A stretch of 61,120 nt of DNA, filler included. It is 5 parts of 5 records of this genome, joined end to end, with 100 filler letters (N's around TTAATTAATTAA, not from the genome) between each part and the next. Parts side by side here need not be neighbours in the genome. Positions count along the whole stretch, not along the records: positions 1 to 15,747 come from SRR2962707_1556; 4 more parts are not named here. One strand, written 5' to 3'. Positions within the stretch are counted from its first letter, which is position 1. Every line of letters starts with the position of its first letter. Below the pieces are notes generated by a model. The model was not told the DNA's origin and made no database searches. It saw nothing but the letters and a program-made list of their open reading frames with translations. The position numbers were made by a program, and so were the translations under genes. Shown piece by piece: positions 1 to 8,740 of the stretch.

Positions 1-27
1 GATGGCCCGGACAAGCCGGGCCATGAC
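1..27. repeat. REP/RPE-like palindromic element, truncated at window start
   Basis: ATGGCCCGG-acaag-CCGGGCCAT is a perfect 9-bp hairpin ending in CATGAC; resembles multicopy Rhizobiales palindromes of the GTCATGGCCGGGCTTGTCCCGGCCATC type. Confidence 0.65.
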
Positions 28-129
28 GGTGTTGATTGAATGCGGGAGGAAGAGACGTCTCCAAAACCGGGGATAAATAATTTCCTCCCGCCATATCATC
101 TGTAGGCGGATGATATGAAGACGCCCTTT

Positions 130-158
130 ATGACAGTCGCATGACAGTTCGGTGACAG
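130..158 (-). promoter_or_regulatory. Triple Pho box (PhoB-type direct repeats)
   Basis: Minus strand reads CTGTCAC-cgaa-CTGTCAT-gcga-CTGTCAT with exact 11-bp period. Confidence 0.75.
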
Positions 159-172
159 CCGGCCCCGAAAAC

Positions 173-200
173 AAAAAAGGCGCGGTTTCCCGCGCCTTTT
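173..200 (-). terminator. Intrinsic terminator of trcR
   Basis: AAAAGGCGCGG-tttc-CCGCGCCTTTT hairpin with A/T runs, about 30 bp past the stop codon. Confidence 0.8.
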
Positions 201-232
201 GATTTGTGACAGTCGCTGTCAGAAAGCCGGGA

Positions 233-958
233 TTACTCCCCGCTTTCCTCCTCGATCTTCACGTCCTTGAGCTTCGCGAAAACGCTGTCGGCATCGTAGG
301 ACTTCTTTTCTTCTTCTTCCTTTTCCGGCTCCGCGATGGTCGCGTGCGCGGGTTCGGGTGCTGTCGTCTCGCTCGCGGGCAGCAGCGTCTCGGACGTGCC
401 GTTCGCCTTCGCGGCCTTCTTGCGTTCGCGTTCGGCCTTGCGGGCCGCCTTCTGGACCGCGCCGTCGAGTTCGATTTGCGTGCAGAGGCCGAGGGTTACC
501 GGGTCGACCGGCTTGATGTTCTGCGAGTTCCAGTGGCTGCGATCGCGCACCGACTGGATCGTCGGCTTGGTCGTGCCGACGAGTTTCGAGACCTGCGCGT
601 CGGTCAGTTCCGGGTGGTTGCGCAAGAGCCAGGCGATGGCGTCCGGGCGGTCCTGGCGGCGGGAGACGGGGGTGTAGCGGGGCCCCTTGCGCGGCGGGAT
701 CGGCGGCAATTTGTATTTGCTTTCAGAGACTTGCAGGCGCAGGTCCGTGTCCTTCTGACAGCGCTCGATTTCCGCGCGGGTCAGCTGGCCGGAGGCGACC
801 GGGTCCATGCCCTTGATCCCCTGGGCCACGTCGCCATCGGCGATGCCTTTCACTTCAAGCACGTGAAGGCCGCAGAAATCCGCCACTTGTTCGAAAGTGA
901 GCGAGGTGTTCTCGACGAGCCAGACGGCCGTCGCCTTGGGCATAAGGGGCTGTACCAT
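233..958 (-). CDS. trcR: DUF1013 family cell-cycle transcriptional regulator TrcR
   Basis: PLMPKATAVWLVENTSLTF, RYTPVSRRQDRPDAIAWL and PVDPVTLGLC motifs. Confidence 0.88.
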   Translation of the reverse strand: MVQPLMPKATAVWLVENTSLTFEQVADFCGLHVLEVKGIADGDVAQGIKGMDPVASGQLTRAEIERCQKDTDLRLQVSESKYKLPPIPPRKGPRYTPVSRRQDRPDAIAWLLRNHPELTDAQVSKLVGTTKPTIQSVRDRSHWNSQNIKPVDPVTLGLCTQIELDGAVQKAARKAERERKKAAKANGTSETLLPASETTAPEPAHATIAEPEKEEEEKKSYDADSVFAKLKDVKIEEESGE

Positions 959-1103
959 ATCAAATTCCTCTGATCCATCCGGGGCCTCCCGGATAAACCG
1001 CTTTCAAGTCCAACGATGAGTGGATATGGCCGTTATATAAGGCGAAAAAGCAGGCAATGAAAGCGGAATGATGCCCAGCGGCGAAATTGTGAAGACCCCA
1101 TAG

Positions 1104-1135
1104 AAAAGGCCGGAATCCCTTGAGATTCCGGCCCT
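1104..1135 (-). terminator. Intrinsic terminator
   Basis: GGCCGGAATC-N6-GATTCCGGCC hairpin followed by a U-tract on the minus strand. Confidence 0.7.
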
Positions 1136-1158
1136 TCCCGTAACATCTGCGAGGATGT

Positions 1159-1722
1159 TTAGCGGTCGATCTCGGTGATCTTCGTGCCCTCGATGCTCAC
1201 GCCGGCCATCAGGCCCTGCTGGTCGAAGATGAACGCATAAGCGTCTTCCTTCAGCGTCGAGGTCGAAAGGTTCTTGGCCGCGCCTTCGTCAACCACGACA
1301 ACCGTCGGGCCGACGCCAACTTCCCAGCCGTGGGATTCCTTCAGATAATCGACGGCTTCGTCGTTCATCAGAAACACCGCATAGCCATAGGACTGCGCGC
1401 CCGCCTGCAGGCCCCAGGAGCCCGTCACGGAGTTGTAGTAGTCGACGACCGCGCCGTCTTCCTTCAGCACGCCTTCGCCATAGGCGCCGCCGAAAACGAG
1501 GCCGGCTTTCACGATGTTCGGGAACACCAGAACGGCTTCAGCCTTCTCGGAAATCTCCTTCGCGACCGAGTTGGTCTCGTAGAGGTTCTCAAGCGCCATT
1601 GCGGCCTGCTGGTTGAGGTCCTCTGCCGTGTTCTCGGCGTGTGCGACACCGGTGGTCGCGATGGAGCCCATCGCGGCGGCGGCAACGGCAAGACCCATGA
1701 AACTGCGACGTGTGGTCGACAT
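1159..1722 (-). CDS. YSC84/SYLF lipid-binding family protein with Tat signal peptide
   Basis: TRRSFMG twin-arginine signal; KAGLVFGGAYGEG, SWGLQAGAQ and GLMAGVSIEG motifs. Confidence 0.85.
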   Translation of the reverse strand: MSTTRRSFMGLAVAAAAMGSIATTGVAHAENTAEDLNQQAAMALENLYETNSVAKEISEKAEAVLVFPNIVKAGLVFGGAYGEGVLKEDGAVVDYYNSVTGSWGLQAGAQSYGYAVFLMNDEAVDYLKESHGWEVGVGPTVVVVDEGAAKNLSTSTLKEDAYAFIFDQQGLMAGVSIEGTKITEIDR

Positions 1723-1875
1723 GATCTGTTTCCCTGTTCAATTTCGTATTACTCGAATCGGGAAGACATCCCTGTACGGAATGTTTCCCGCACACGGCCT
1801 GCTTCCTTCTGCCCATAACTATGCGTGGGGCGGGGAAAAGTTCCGTGCGGCCGGCGATTTGTTTTCAAGGAAATG

Positions 1876-2874
1876 TCAGAGCGTCAGGACGATCTTGCCG
1901 ATATGGCTGCTCTTTTCCATAAGTGCGTGCGCCTTGGAGGCTTCGGCGAGCGGGAAAACCGTGTCCACAAGCGGCTTTACGCGCCGGGCGTCGAGCAGCG
2001 GCCACACTTTCGCCTTGAGTGTTGCTGCGAGCGCCGCCTTTTCCTCGATGCTGCGGGGGCGAAGCGTGGAGCCCGTCAGCGTCAGGCGTTTCAGCATCAC
2101 CGGCATGAAGTTCACTTCCGCCGTCGAGCCATTCAGGAAGGCGATGGAAACGATCCGCCCATCCGGTGCACAGGCCTGGATGTTCCTCGGAATGTAGTCG
2201 CCGCCCACCATGTCGAGGATAACGTCGGCGCCGCGACCGTTCGTCTGGCGTTTCGTTTCCTCGATAAAATCCTGTTCGCGGTAGTTGATTGCGGTATGCG
2301 CGCCGAGCTTCCGGCACGCCTCGCATTTTTCCGCAGAGCCTGCCGTTGCAATCACCGTCGCGCCGAAGATCGCGCCAAGCTGTATCGCCGTCGTGCCGAT
2401 GCCGCTCGATCCGCCGTGAACGAGGAGCGTCTCGCCCGCCTTCAGCGCGCCGCGCTCGAAGACGTTCGTCCAGACGGTGAAAAATGTTTCGGGCAATGCC
2501 GCCGCTTCCGTGAAGGACATGCCTTTCGGAACGGGAAGCGCGTGCGCCTCATGCGACAGGCAGTATTCGGCGTAGCCGCCGCCTCCGACGAGCGCGCAGA
2601 CCTTGTCGCCCGGCTGCCAGAGCGTCACGCCCGGCCCGATGCTCGCCACTTCGCCCGCGACTTCGAGCCCCGGCGTTGCCGGCGCGCCGGGCGGCGGCGG
2701 GTAAAGCCCCATGCGCTGGAAGGTGTCCGGCCGGTTGATGCCCGCCGCTGCCACCCGGATCAAGATCTCGCCATGGCCGGGAGTGGGCGTCTCGATTTCC
2801 GCCAGTTCCAGAACCTCCGGCCCGCCGGGCTCGCGTATCGCGATGGCTTTCATCGTCTTGGGCAACTCGGTCAT
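1876..2874 (-). CDS. NAD(P)H-quinone oxidoreductase (PIG3/zeta-crystallin family)
   Basis: GLEVAG, LVHGGSSGIG, GSTLRPRS and HIGKIVL motifs. Confidence 0.92.
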   Translation of the reverse strand: MTELPKTMKAIAIREPGGPEVLELAEIETPTPGHGEILIRVAAAGINRPDTFQRMGLYPPPPGAPATPGLEVAGEVASIGPGVTLWQPGDKVCALVGGGGYAEYCLSHEAHALPVPKGMSFTEAAALPETFFTVWTNVFERGALKAGETLLVHGGSSGIGTTAIQLGAIFGATVIATAGSAEKCEACRKLGAHTAINYREQDFIEETKRQTNGRGADVILDMVGGDYIPRNIQACAPDGRIVSIAFLNGSTAEVNFMPVMLKRLTLTGSTLRPRSIEEKAALAATLKAKVWPLLDARRVKPLVDTVFPLAEASKAHALMEKSSHIGKIVLTL

Positions 2875-2969
2875 GGGGGCTCCGTTACGTCAGGTGAACA
2901 GCGGTTGCAGGTCTAGCTTGGCGCCAGCAAACTGGCAAACGAGGTGGCCTGAGGGAAGAGGAGCGAGCG

Positions 2970-3170
2970 ATGGACAGCGACGATCTGGAGCCCCGCAAGC
3001 GGCGCGGCGAAGCCCTGTCGGCGCTCGCCCGGGAGGATCTGGAGCTTCTCGGGGTCGAGGAACTGAACGAGCGAATCACTGCGCTGGAGGCCGAGATTGT
3101 CCGGATACGGAACCAGCTGGAGCGGAAGAAGGGTTCCCTGTCCGCCGCCGAGGCATTGTTCAAAAAATAG
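2970..3170 (+). CDS. DUF1192 family protein
   Basis: EDLELLGVEELNERITALEAEI...AAEALFK; GAGGAG RBS. Confidence 0.85.
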   Translation: MDSDDLEPRKRRGEALSALAREDLELLGVEELNERITALEAEIVRIRNQLERKKGSLSAAEALFKK

Positions 3171-3274
3171 ACAGATTAGGTTAATGCCTTGAAGAGTATG
3201 CGGTTTTCGGACAATCCGGTGGGCGTTGCCATAACCGGGCGGGGGCGGGGCGCCCGCGTCAAATTGCCACAAGA

Positions 3275-3289
3275 TTAACTTCCTGTTAG
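3275..3289. promoter_or_regulatory. CtrA-box-like site
   Basis: TTAA-cttcctg-TTAG, one mismatch to TTAA-N7-TTAA, upstream of rcdA. Confidence 0.55.
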
Positions 3290-3318
3290 GAATGAGAGCG
3301 CTAGGGTAACCTTGCGTA

Positions 3319-3412
3319 ATCCAGTCTTCTGGATTTCTGAGTGGCTCCTATCCACTCTGTTTGACGCCTCCCTGTTAGAACTGAGCCGCGGGCCTTCCCG
3401 CGGCTCTTTTTT
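3319..3412 (+). ncRNA. Candidate small RNA: three hairpins, the last an intrinsic terminator
   Basis: ATCCAG/CTGGAT hairpin, GAGTGG-CTCCTAT-CCACTC hairpin, single-stranded GCCTCCCT, then GAGCCGCGGG-cctt-CCCGCGGCTC-T6. Confidence 0.5.
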
Positions 3413-3558
3413 GTTCTGCGGCCCGCTCCTCCCCGTACCCCGCCTCCGTCCCGTCCCGCCCCGCTGGCACGGATATTGATCCCTAAAGCTCCGAGTGTAC
3501 CGGTATGGGCCAGTTGCCCTGCCGCTGGCGTAATCGAAAGACGGGACTGGGGAACGGG

Positions 3559-4149
3559 ATGGGTGTTTACGAAACGACGGATAACAACGAGATCGGCTTT
3601 GCCGGGGCGGAATGCGTCTCGCTGTCGGATTTCATGGCTTCGGGCCTTTTCCAGCGTACCTATAGCGAGGGCATGCGCCTCGTCGAGGAGACCTCGGCCT
3701 ATCTCGACGGGCCGGGCCGTGAAGCGGCGCGCGCCCTGCCGCGCGAGACCTCGCTGGCCTATGCGGGCGAGAGCATGCGCCTCACGACGCGGCTGATGCA
3801 GGTTGCTTCCTGGCTCCTCGTTCGCAAGGCGGTCCACGAGGGGGAAATGACGACCGAGGAAGCCAATTCCGAGAAATACCGTCTCGCGACAAAGGAAATC
3901 GCCCGCCAGCCGCGTTTCGATGGCGCACAAGCCTTGCCCGCGCGCCTGCAGGAGCTGATGGAGCGTTCCGAGCGCCTTTATGCGCGTGTTGAGCGGCTGG
4001 ACTCCCGGCTTCGTGTGACGGCGCCTGCGCCCGCCCGGAACCACCCTCTGGCCGAGCAGTTCGCCCGCGTCGAGGATTTCTTCCGTGAAAGCCTTTCCGT
4101 CGATTTCCCGCGCCGCCAGTTCGGTCGCCGCAAGAACAGGCCGGAATAG
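3559..4149 (+). CDS. rcdA: DUF1465 family ClpXP adaptor RcdA
   Basis: EGMRLVEETSAYLDGPGR and ESMRLTTRLMQVASWLL signatures; lies next to rpmE. Confidence 0.88.
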   Translation: MGVYETTDNNEIGFAGAECVSLSDFMASGLFQRTYSEGMRLVEETSAYLDGPGREAARALPRETSLAYAGESMRLTTRLMQVASWLLVRKAVHEGEMTTEEANSEKYRLATKEIARQPRFDGAQALPARLQELMERSERLYARVERLDSRLRVTAPAPARNHPLAEQFARVEDFFRESLSVDFPRRQFGRRKNRPE

Positions 4150-4173
4150 GTTTCGAAGGGGACAGCCGGCATT

Positions 4174-4202
4174 AAAAAAGCCCCGCATAAGCGGGGCTTT
4201 TT
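4174..4202. terminator. Bidirectional terminator between rcdA and rpmE
   Basis: AAAAAGCCCCGC-ataa-GCGGGGCTTTTT between convergent genes. Confidence 0.85.
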
Positions 4203-4222
4203 GCTTCTCGAGGAGCTCGAGG

Positions 4223-4444
4223 TCAGCCGCTGATAAAGCCGTACTTCTTCTTGAACCGGCTCACGCGACCGCCACGGTCGAGGAGCTGCTGGCCGCCGCC
4301 GGTCCAGGCCGGGTGCGTCGTCGGGTCGATGTCGAGGACGAGCGTGTCGCCGTCCGAGCCATAGGTCGAACGGGTCTGAAACGTCGAACCATCGTTCATC
4401 TGGACGGTGATGAAGTGGTAGTCCGGGTGGATCTCTTTCTTCAT
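4223..4444 (-). CDS. rpmE: 50S ribosomal protein L31
   Basis: [10 protein letters not shown]...[14 protein letters not shown]...GGRVSRF. Confidence 0.97.
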   Translation of the reverse strand: MKKEIHPDYHFITVQMNDGSTFQTRSTYGSDGDTLVLDIDPTTHPAWTGGGQQLLDRGGRVSRFKKKYGFISG

Positions 4445-4545
4445 GGCTTTCGCCTTCCTGAAGCGGAACCGGGAAAGGTTCCGTGTGTCGGTTTTGGCGC
4501 GCAGCGGCGGTCTTTTACAAACCGCCCGCGCTGCCGGAATGGGGG

Positions 4546-4574
4546 CTTATAGCGAAGGGCGGGGGCCGTTGCAA
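4546..4574 (-). promoter_or_regulatory. Sigma70-type promoter for rpmE
   Basis: TTGCAA-N17-TATAAG on the minus strand. Confidence 0.55.
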
Positions 4575-4750
4575 GGCCGGTTTTCGGGGGCTTTGCGCGG
4601 AGATGCCGCAGCCGGCCCGGCCGCCTTCCGCTGCCCCGGCATTGCCCCGGACGGGTAGCGGTTGCTATACCAGCCCGGCGCCGAAATATCCCCGGGCGCC
4701 GGATCGAGGAGCAGGCTGGCTGCTCCGGAAACGCCGGATTGCGAAGGTGC

Positions 4751-6601
4751 ATGAGCGAAACATCGAATCCGGCCGTCGAGGCCATTGAGGAAGAGGCGCA
4801 GCGCCGCAAGCCTGCGCGGGGCGTCGGGCCGCTTTGGCGGCTGGTTCCGTTCCTCGGGCGCTACCGTGTCATGGTGGCACTGGCCTTCGTTTCGCTCATT
4901 GCCGCGACGCTTGCAACGCTCGCGATCCCGATGGCGAGCCGCCGTCTGATCGACAACGGCTTCAACCGCGAAAACGCCGCCTTCATCGACCAGTATTTCC
5001 TCGCCCTCGTTGCCGTCGCGCTGGTGCTCGGCATGGCGAGCGCGGCGCGGTTCTTCTTTGTCAGCTGGCTCGGCGAGCGCGTGGTCGCCGATCTCCGCAA
5101 GGCGGTCTATGCCCATGTGCTGAAGCTCTCTCCGGCCTTCTTCGAACTCACGCGCACGGGCGAAGTGCTGTCGCGGCTCACCGCCGATACGACGCTCATC
5201 AAGACGGTGGTCGGCTCGTCCGCTTCCATCGCGCTCCGCAACATCTTCCTCTTTTTGGGCGCGGCCACGATGATGGCGGCGACGAGCCCCTATCTCTCCG
5301 GTCTCGTTCTCCTCGCGATCCCCGCGATCCTGCTGCCGCTCATCGTTTTCGGGCGCTGGGTGCGGCGTCTCTCGCGCTCCGCGCAGGACCGCCTTGCAGA
5401 TACCAGCGCCTTCGGCACGGAAAGCCTCAACGCCATTCAGATCGTGCAGGCGTTCACGCATGAGGATATCGACCGGGGCCGTTTCGGTGACCATGTCGAG
5501 CATGCATTCGAGACGTCGCGCTCGCGCATCACGGCGCGTTCGATCCTGACCGCGCTGGTGTTCTTCTTCGGCATGTCGAGCGTGGTCGGCGTGCTCTGGG
5601 TCGGCGCCAATGCGGTGCTGGCCGACACGATGACCGGCGGTGAACTCCTCGAATTCATTCTCTATGCGGTCTTTGCGGCGTCCGCCATCGCGGCGCTGTC
5701 GGAAATCTGGGGCGACATGCAGATGGCGGCGGGCGCGACCGAACGCCTGATGGAGCTTCTCGACATCGAACCGGCAATCGCGGCGCCGCCCGTTCCCGCG
5801 CCCTTGCCTGCGCCGCGCGGCGAGCTTGCCTTTGACGAAGTGAGCTTCGCCTATCCTTCGCGGCCCGGAGTTTCCGCGCTTAACGGATTTTCGCTTTCCG
5901 TCGGCCGCGGCGAGACGGTGGCGCTGGTCGGCCCGTCGGGTGCCGGCAAGAGCACGGTGTTCCAGCTTCTCCTTCGATTCTACGATCCGCAATCCGGCAG
6001 CGTCACGCTCGACGGTGTCGATGTGCGCGACGCAGACCCGCGCGATGTTCGCGCGCGCCTCGCCGTGGTGCCGCAGGAAACGGTCGTCTTCGGCACAAGC
6101 ATTGCCGAGAATATCCGCTATGGACGGCCGGAGGCGAGCGACGACGAAATTCGCGCTGCCGCGCGTGCCGCGCGGATCGACGATTTCATCGTGCAATTGC
6201 CGGATGGGTACGAGACGCAGGTGGGCGAGCGCGGGGTCATGCTTTCAGGTGGACAGCGTCAGCGCATTGCGATTGCCCGGGCGATCTTGCGCGATGCGCC
6301 GGTTCTCCTCCTTGACGAAGCGACAAGCGCGCTTGATGCCGAAAGCGAGACGCTGGTGCAGCAGGCGCTTGAAGGCCTGATGCAGGACCGCACCACACTT
6401 GTCATTGCGCACCGGCTTGCGACGGTTCTCAAGGCCGACCGCATCGTCGTGATAGAAGAGGGGCGTGTGGTTGCTTCCGGCACGCATGAGGAACTGATCA
6501 AGCAGGGCGGTCTTTATGCCCGGCTCGCGAGGCTTCAATTCGCGGGAGGCCGGAACTGGCCGATGGATACGGGCGAGCGCAGCGCGGCGCTCGGCGTCTG
6601 A
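4751..6601 (+). CDS. MsbA-like ABC exporter (fused permease and ATPase)
   Basis: N-terminal TM region; Walker [14 protein letters not shown] signature, Walker B LLLDE. Confidence 0.92.
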   Translation: MSETSNPAVEAIEEEAQRRKPARGVGPLWRLVPFLGRYRVMVALAFVSLIAATLATLAIPMASRRLIDNGFNRENAAFIDQYFLALVAVALVLGMASAARFFFVSWLGERVVADLRKAVYAHVLKLSPAFFELTRTGEVLSRLTADTTLIKTVVGSSASIALRNIFLFLGAATMMAATSPYLSGLVLLAIPAILLPLIVFGRWVRRLSRSAQDRLADTSAFGTESLNAIQIVQAFTHEDIDRGRFGDHVEHAFETSRSRITARSILTALVFFFGMSSVVGVLWVGANAVLADTMTGGELLEFILYAVFAASAIAALSEIWGDMQMAAGATERLMELLDIEPAIAAPPVPAPLPAPRGELAFDEVSFAYPSRPGVSALNGFSLSVGRGETVALVGPSGAGKSTVFQLLLRFYDPQSGSVTLDGVDVRDADPRDVRARLAVVPQETVVFGTSIAENIRYGRPEASDDEIRAAARAARIDDFIVQLPDGYETQVGERGVMLSGGQRQRIAIARAILRDAPVLLLDEATSALDAESETLVQQALEGLMQDRTTLVIAHRLATVLKADRIVVIEEGRVVASGTHEELIKQGGLYARLARLQFAGGRNWPMDTGERSAALGV

Positions 6602-6615
6602 CAACGGGGGAACGA

Positions 6616-7713
6616 ATGTCGGGAAGAATTTTGCCGGTCGCCGGCTATGTAGCGCTGGCGCTTGTCGTGATCGCAAGCGTGCTCGCCTGGCGCTTTCTCT
6701 CAGCAGCAGGTTATTTCACCGGCATCCGGCAGGAGATCGCGGCCGACTGCCGCGCCATCGACGCCGTGCCGGGACCGGAAGACATTGCGATCGATCACGA
6801 GCGCGGCTTTGCCTATGTCTCGTCCTATGACCGCCGGGCCGTCATGTCCGCTGCGCCGGGCGCGGATGCCGTTCGCGGCGGCATCTATCTGATCGATCTC
6901 AACGCGCCCGAGACCGACTGGGCGCTTCGGCCGGTGACGGCGCCCGCGCCGCAGGATTTCCGTCCGCACGGCATCAGCCTTTATGCGGCACCGGACGGCG
7001 CGCGCCGCCTCTTCGCGGTGAGCCATCCGGCGGCGGGCCCGGAGACCGTCGAGATATTCGATGTCGCGCAAGACGGTTCGCTCTCCCATGTGCGCAGCGT
7101 CACGTCGGACGCCTTCATTTCGCTGAACGATGTCGCGGCCGTCGGGCCGGAGAGCTTCTATGCCACCAACGATCATGGCAGCGAGAGTGACCTCACCAAT
7201 ACCGTGACCGACTTCCTGCTGCTGAGAAACTCCACCGTCGTTTATTTCGACGGAGAGAAGGCGGAGACCGCCGCCGATACGATCCTTTATGCCAATGGCG
7301 TGAATGTGAGCCCCGACGGCGAAACCGTCTATGTCGCGTCCGCGCTCGGCATGAGCCTTTACATCTACAATCGCGACAAGGAAACGGGCGCGCTGACGGG
7401 CTACGACAATGTTCGCCTTGGAACCGGCATCGACAATATCGACGTCCAGCCGGACGGGACGCTGTTGATGGGCGCGCACCCCAACGTCATCGCTTTCCTC
7501 TCGCATGCATCGGACCCGGCGGAACTGTCGCCGAGCCAGGTCGTGCGTATCGACCCCAGCGAGAAGAAAGCGGGCACGATCTATCTCAATCTCGGCGAGG
7601 AGATATCGGGGATAAGCGTTGCCGCAGGCTATGGCGACAAGATGCTGCTCGGCCAGGTGTTCCAGCCGGAAGTTCTTGTCTGCTCGCAGTCGAGCGAACT
7701 CAAATCATACTGA
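6616..7713 (+). CDS. Paraoxonase (PON)-like beta-propeller lactonase/arylesterase
   Basis: N-terminal membrane anchor; GPEDI, FRPHGI, LNDV, YATNDH, ANGV, DNI and GAHP motifs as in PON1. Confidence 0.8.
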   Translation: MSGRILPVAGYVALALVVIASVLAWRFLSAAGYFTGIRQEIAADCRAIDAVPGPEDIAIDHERGFAYVSSYDRRAVMSAAPGADAVRGGIYLIDLNAPETDWALRPVTAPAPQDFRPHGISLYAAPDGARRLFAVSHPAAGPETVEIFDVAQDGSLSHVRSVTSDAFISLNDVAAVGPESFYATNDHGSESDLTNTVTDFLLLRNSTVVYFDGEKAETAADTILYANGVNVSPDGETVYVASALGMSLYIYNRDKETGALTGYDNVRLGTGIDNIDVQPDGTLLMGAHPNVIAFLSHASDPAELSPSQVVRIDPSEKKAGTIYLNLGEEISGISVAAGYGDKMLLGQVFQPEVLVCSQSSELKSY

Positions 7714-8736
7714 TCAGCGCTCGGTGAGCTTGAACTCGATGCGCCGGTTCCGCCTGTTGTCGGCAGTGCTCGCGCCGTCCGCCAGCGGATGGAACTGGCC
7801 GAAGCCCGCCGCGACGAGCCGGTTTTCTGGAACGCCCTTGCTCGTCAGGTAGTTCACAACCGCTATCGCGCGCGCGCTCGATAGGTACCAGTTCGAGGGG
7901 AACTGCGGCGTCTGGATCGGGTTCGCGTCCGTGTGGCCGTCGACGCGCAGCACCCAGGGGATATCGTCTGGAATTTCCGCCGCGATTTCGCGGATCGCGG
8001 TGGTGATCTTGTCGAGCTGCTGGCTGCCTTCGGGGTTCAAATCCGCCGAGCCCGACTCGAAGAAGATTTCGGACTGCATGGCGAAGCGGTCGCCGACGAT
8101 TTCGATGTCCTGCCGGTCGCCGAGAATGGCGCGCAGTCGGCCGAAGAATTCCGAACGGTATTTCGCGAGTTCCTGAACCTTCTGCGCAAGCGCGGCGTTG
8201 AGCCTGCGGCCGAGATCGGCGATCTGCACCTGCTGTTCGCGGTCCTTCTGCTCGGCCGCCTCCAGCGCGGCTTCGATCGCCGCGAGCTGGCGGCGGAGCG
8301 CGGATATCTGCTGGTTCAACAGTTCGACCTGCGCGAGCGCCTCGTTTGACACCTTCTTTTCGTCCGACAGCGCGCTTTCGAGTTCGGCGATGCGCGAGCC
8401 CGCGCCCGCGCCTTCATCGGCGAGGGCGACGAGCCGGTCCTGTTCCGCCGTCGCGGCAGAGAGCGAATCCTGGAGCGAGAGGATCGTCGCCTGCAGGTCC
8501 GCCTTTTCCCGCCGTTCGAGCGCGAGCTGGCTCACCAGTTCGGCGATCTGGCTCCTGAGATTTTCGAGCGCCGAGTCCTTGCTGGTGACAAGCTGGTTCA
8601 GAAAGAACTGCGTGATCATGAAGATCGTGAGCAGGAAGATCAGCACGAGCAGCAGGCTCGACATGGCATCTACGAAGCCCGGCCAGTAATCCCCGGTCGG
8701 TGCGCGGCCCCTTATGCGTCTTCCCCCGTGCGCCAT
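7714..8736 (-). CDS. MotB/OmpA-like peptidoglycan-binding membrane protein with long coiled coil
   Basis: WPGFVDAM TM helix carrying Asp; coiled coil; VDGHTD, LSSARA and NRRIE of an OmpA-C domain. Confidence 0.85.
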   Translation of the reverse strand: MAHGGRRIRGRAPTGDYWPGFVDAMSSLLLVLIFLLTIFMITQFFLNQLVTSKDSALENLRSQIAELVSQLALERREKADLQATILSLQDSLSAATAEQDRLVALADEGAGAGSRIAELESALSDEKKVSNEALAQVELLNQQISALRRQLAAIEAALEAAEQKDREQQVQIADLGRRLNAALAQKVQELAKYRSEFFGRLRAILGDRQDIEIVGDRFAMQSEIFFESGSADLNPEGSQQLDKITTAIREIAAEIPDDIPWVLRVDGHTDANPIQTPQFPSNWYLSSARAIAVVNYLTSKGVPENRLVAAGFGQFHPLADGASTADNRRNRRIEFKLTER

Positions 8737-8740
8737 GCGG

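Noticed and set aside
4547..6196. Long antisense ORFs (549 aa here; also 58052-59650, 14469-15692 and 1825-2916)
   Set aside because: Shadow frames of well-supported high-GC genes, with no recognisable motifs
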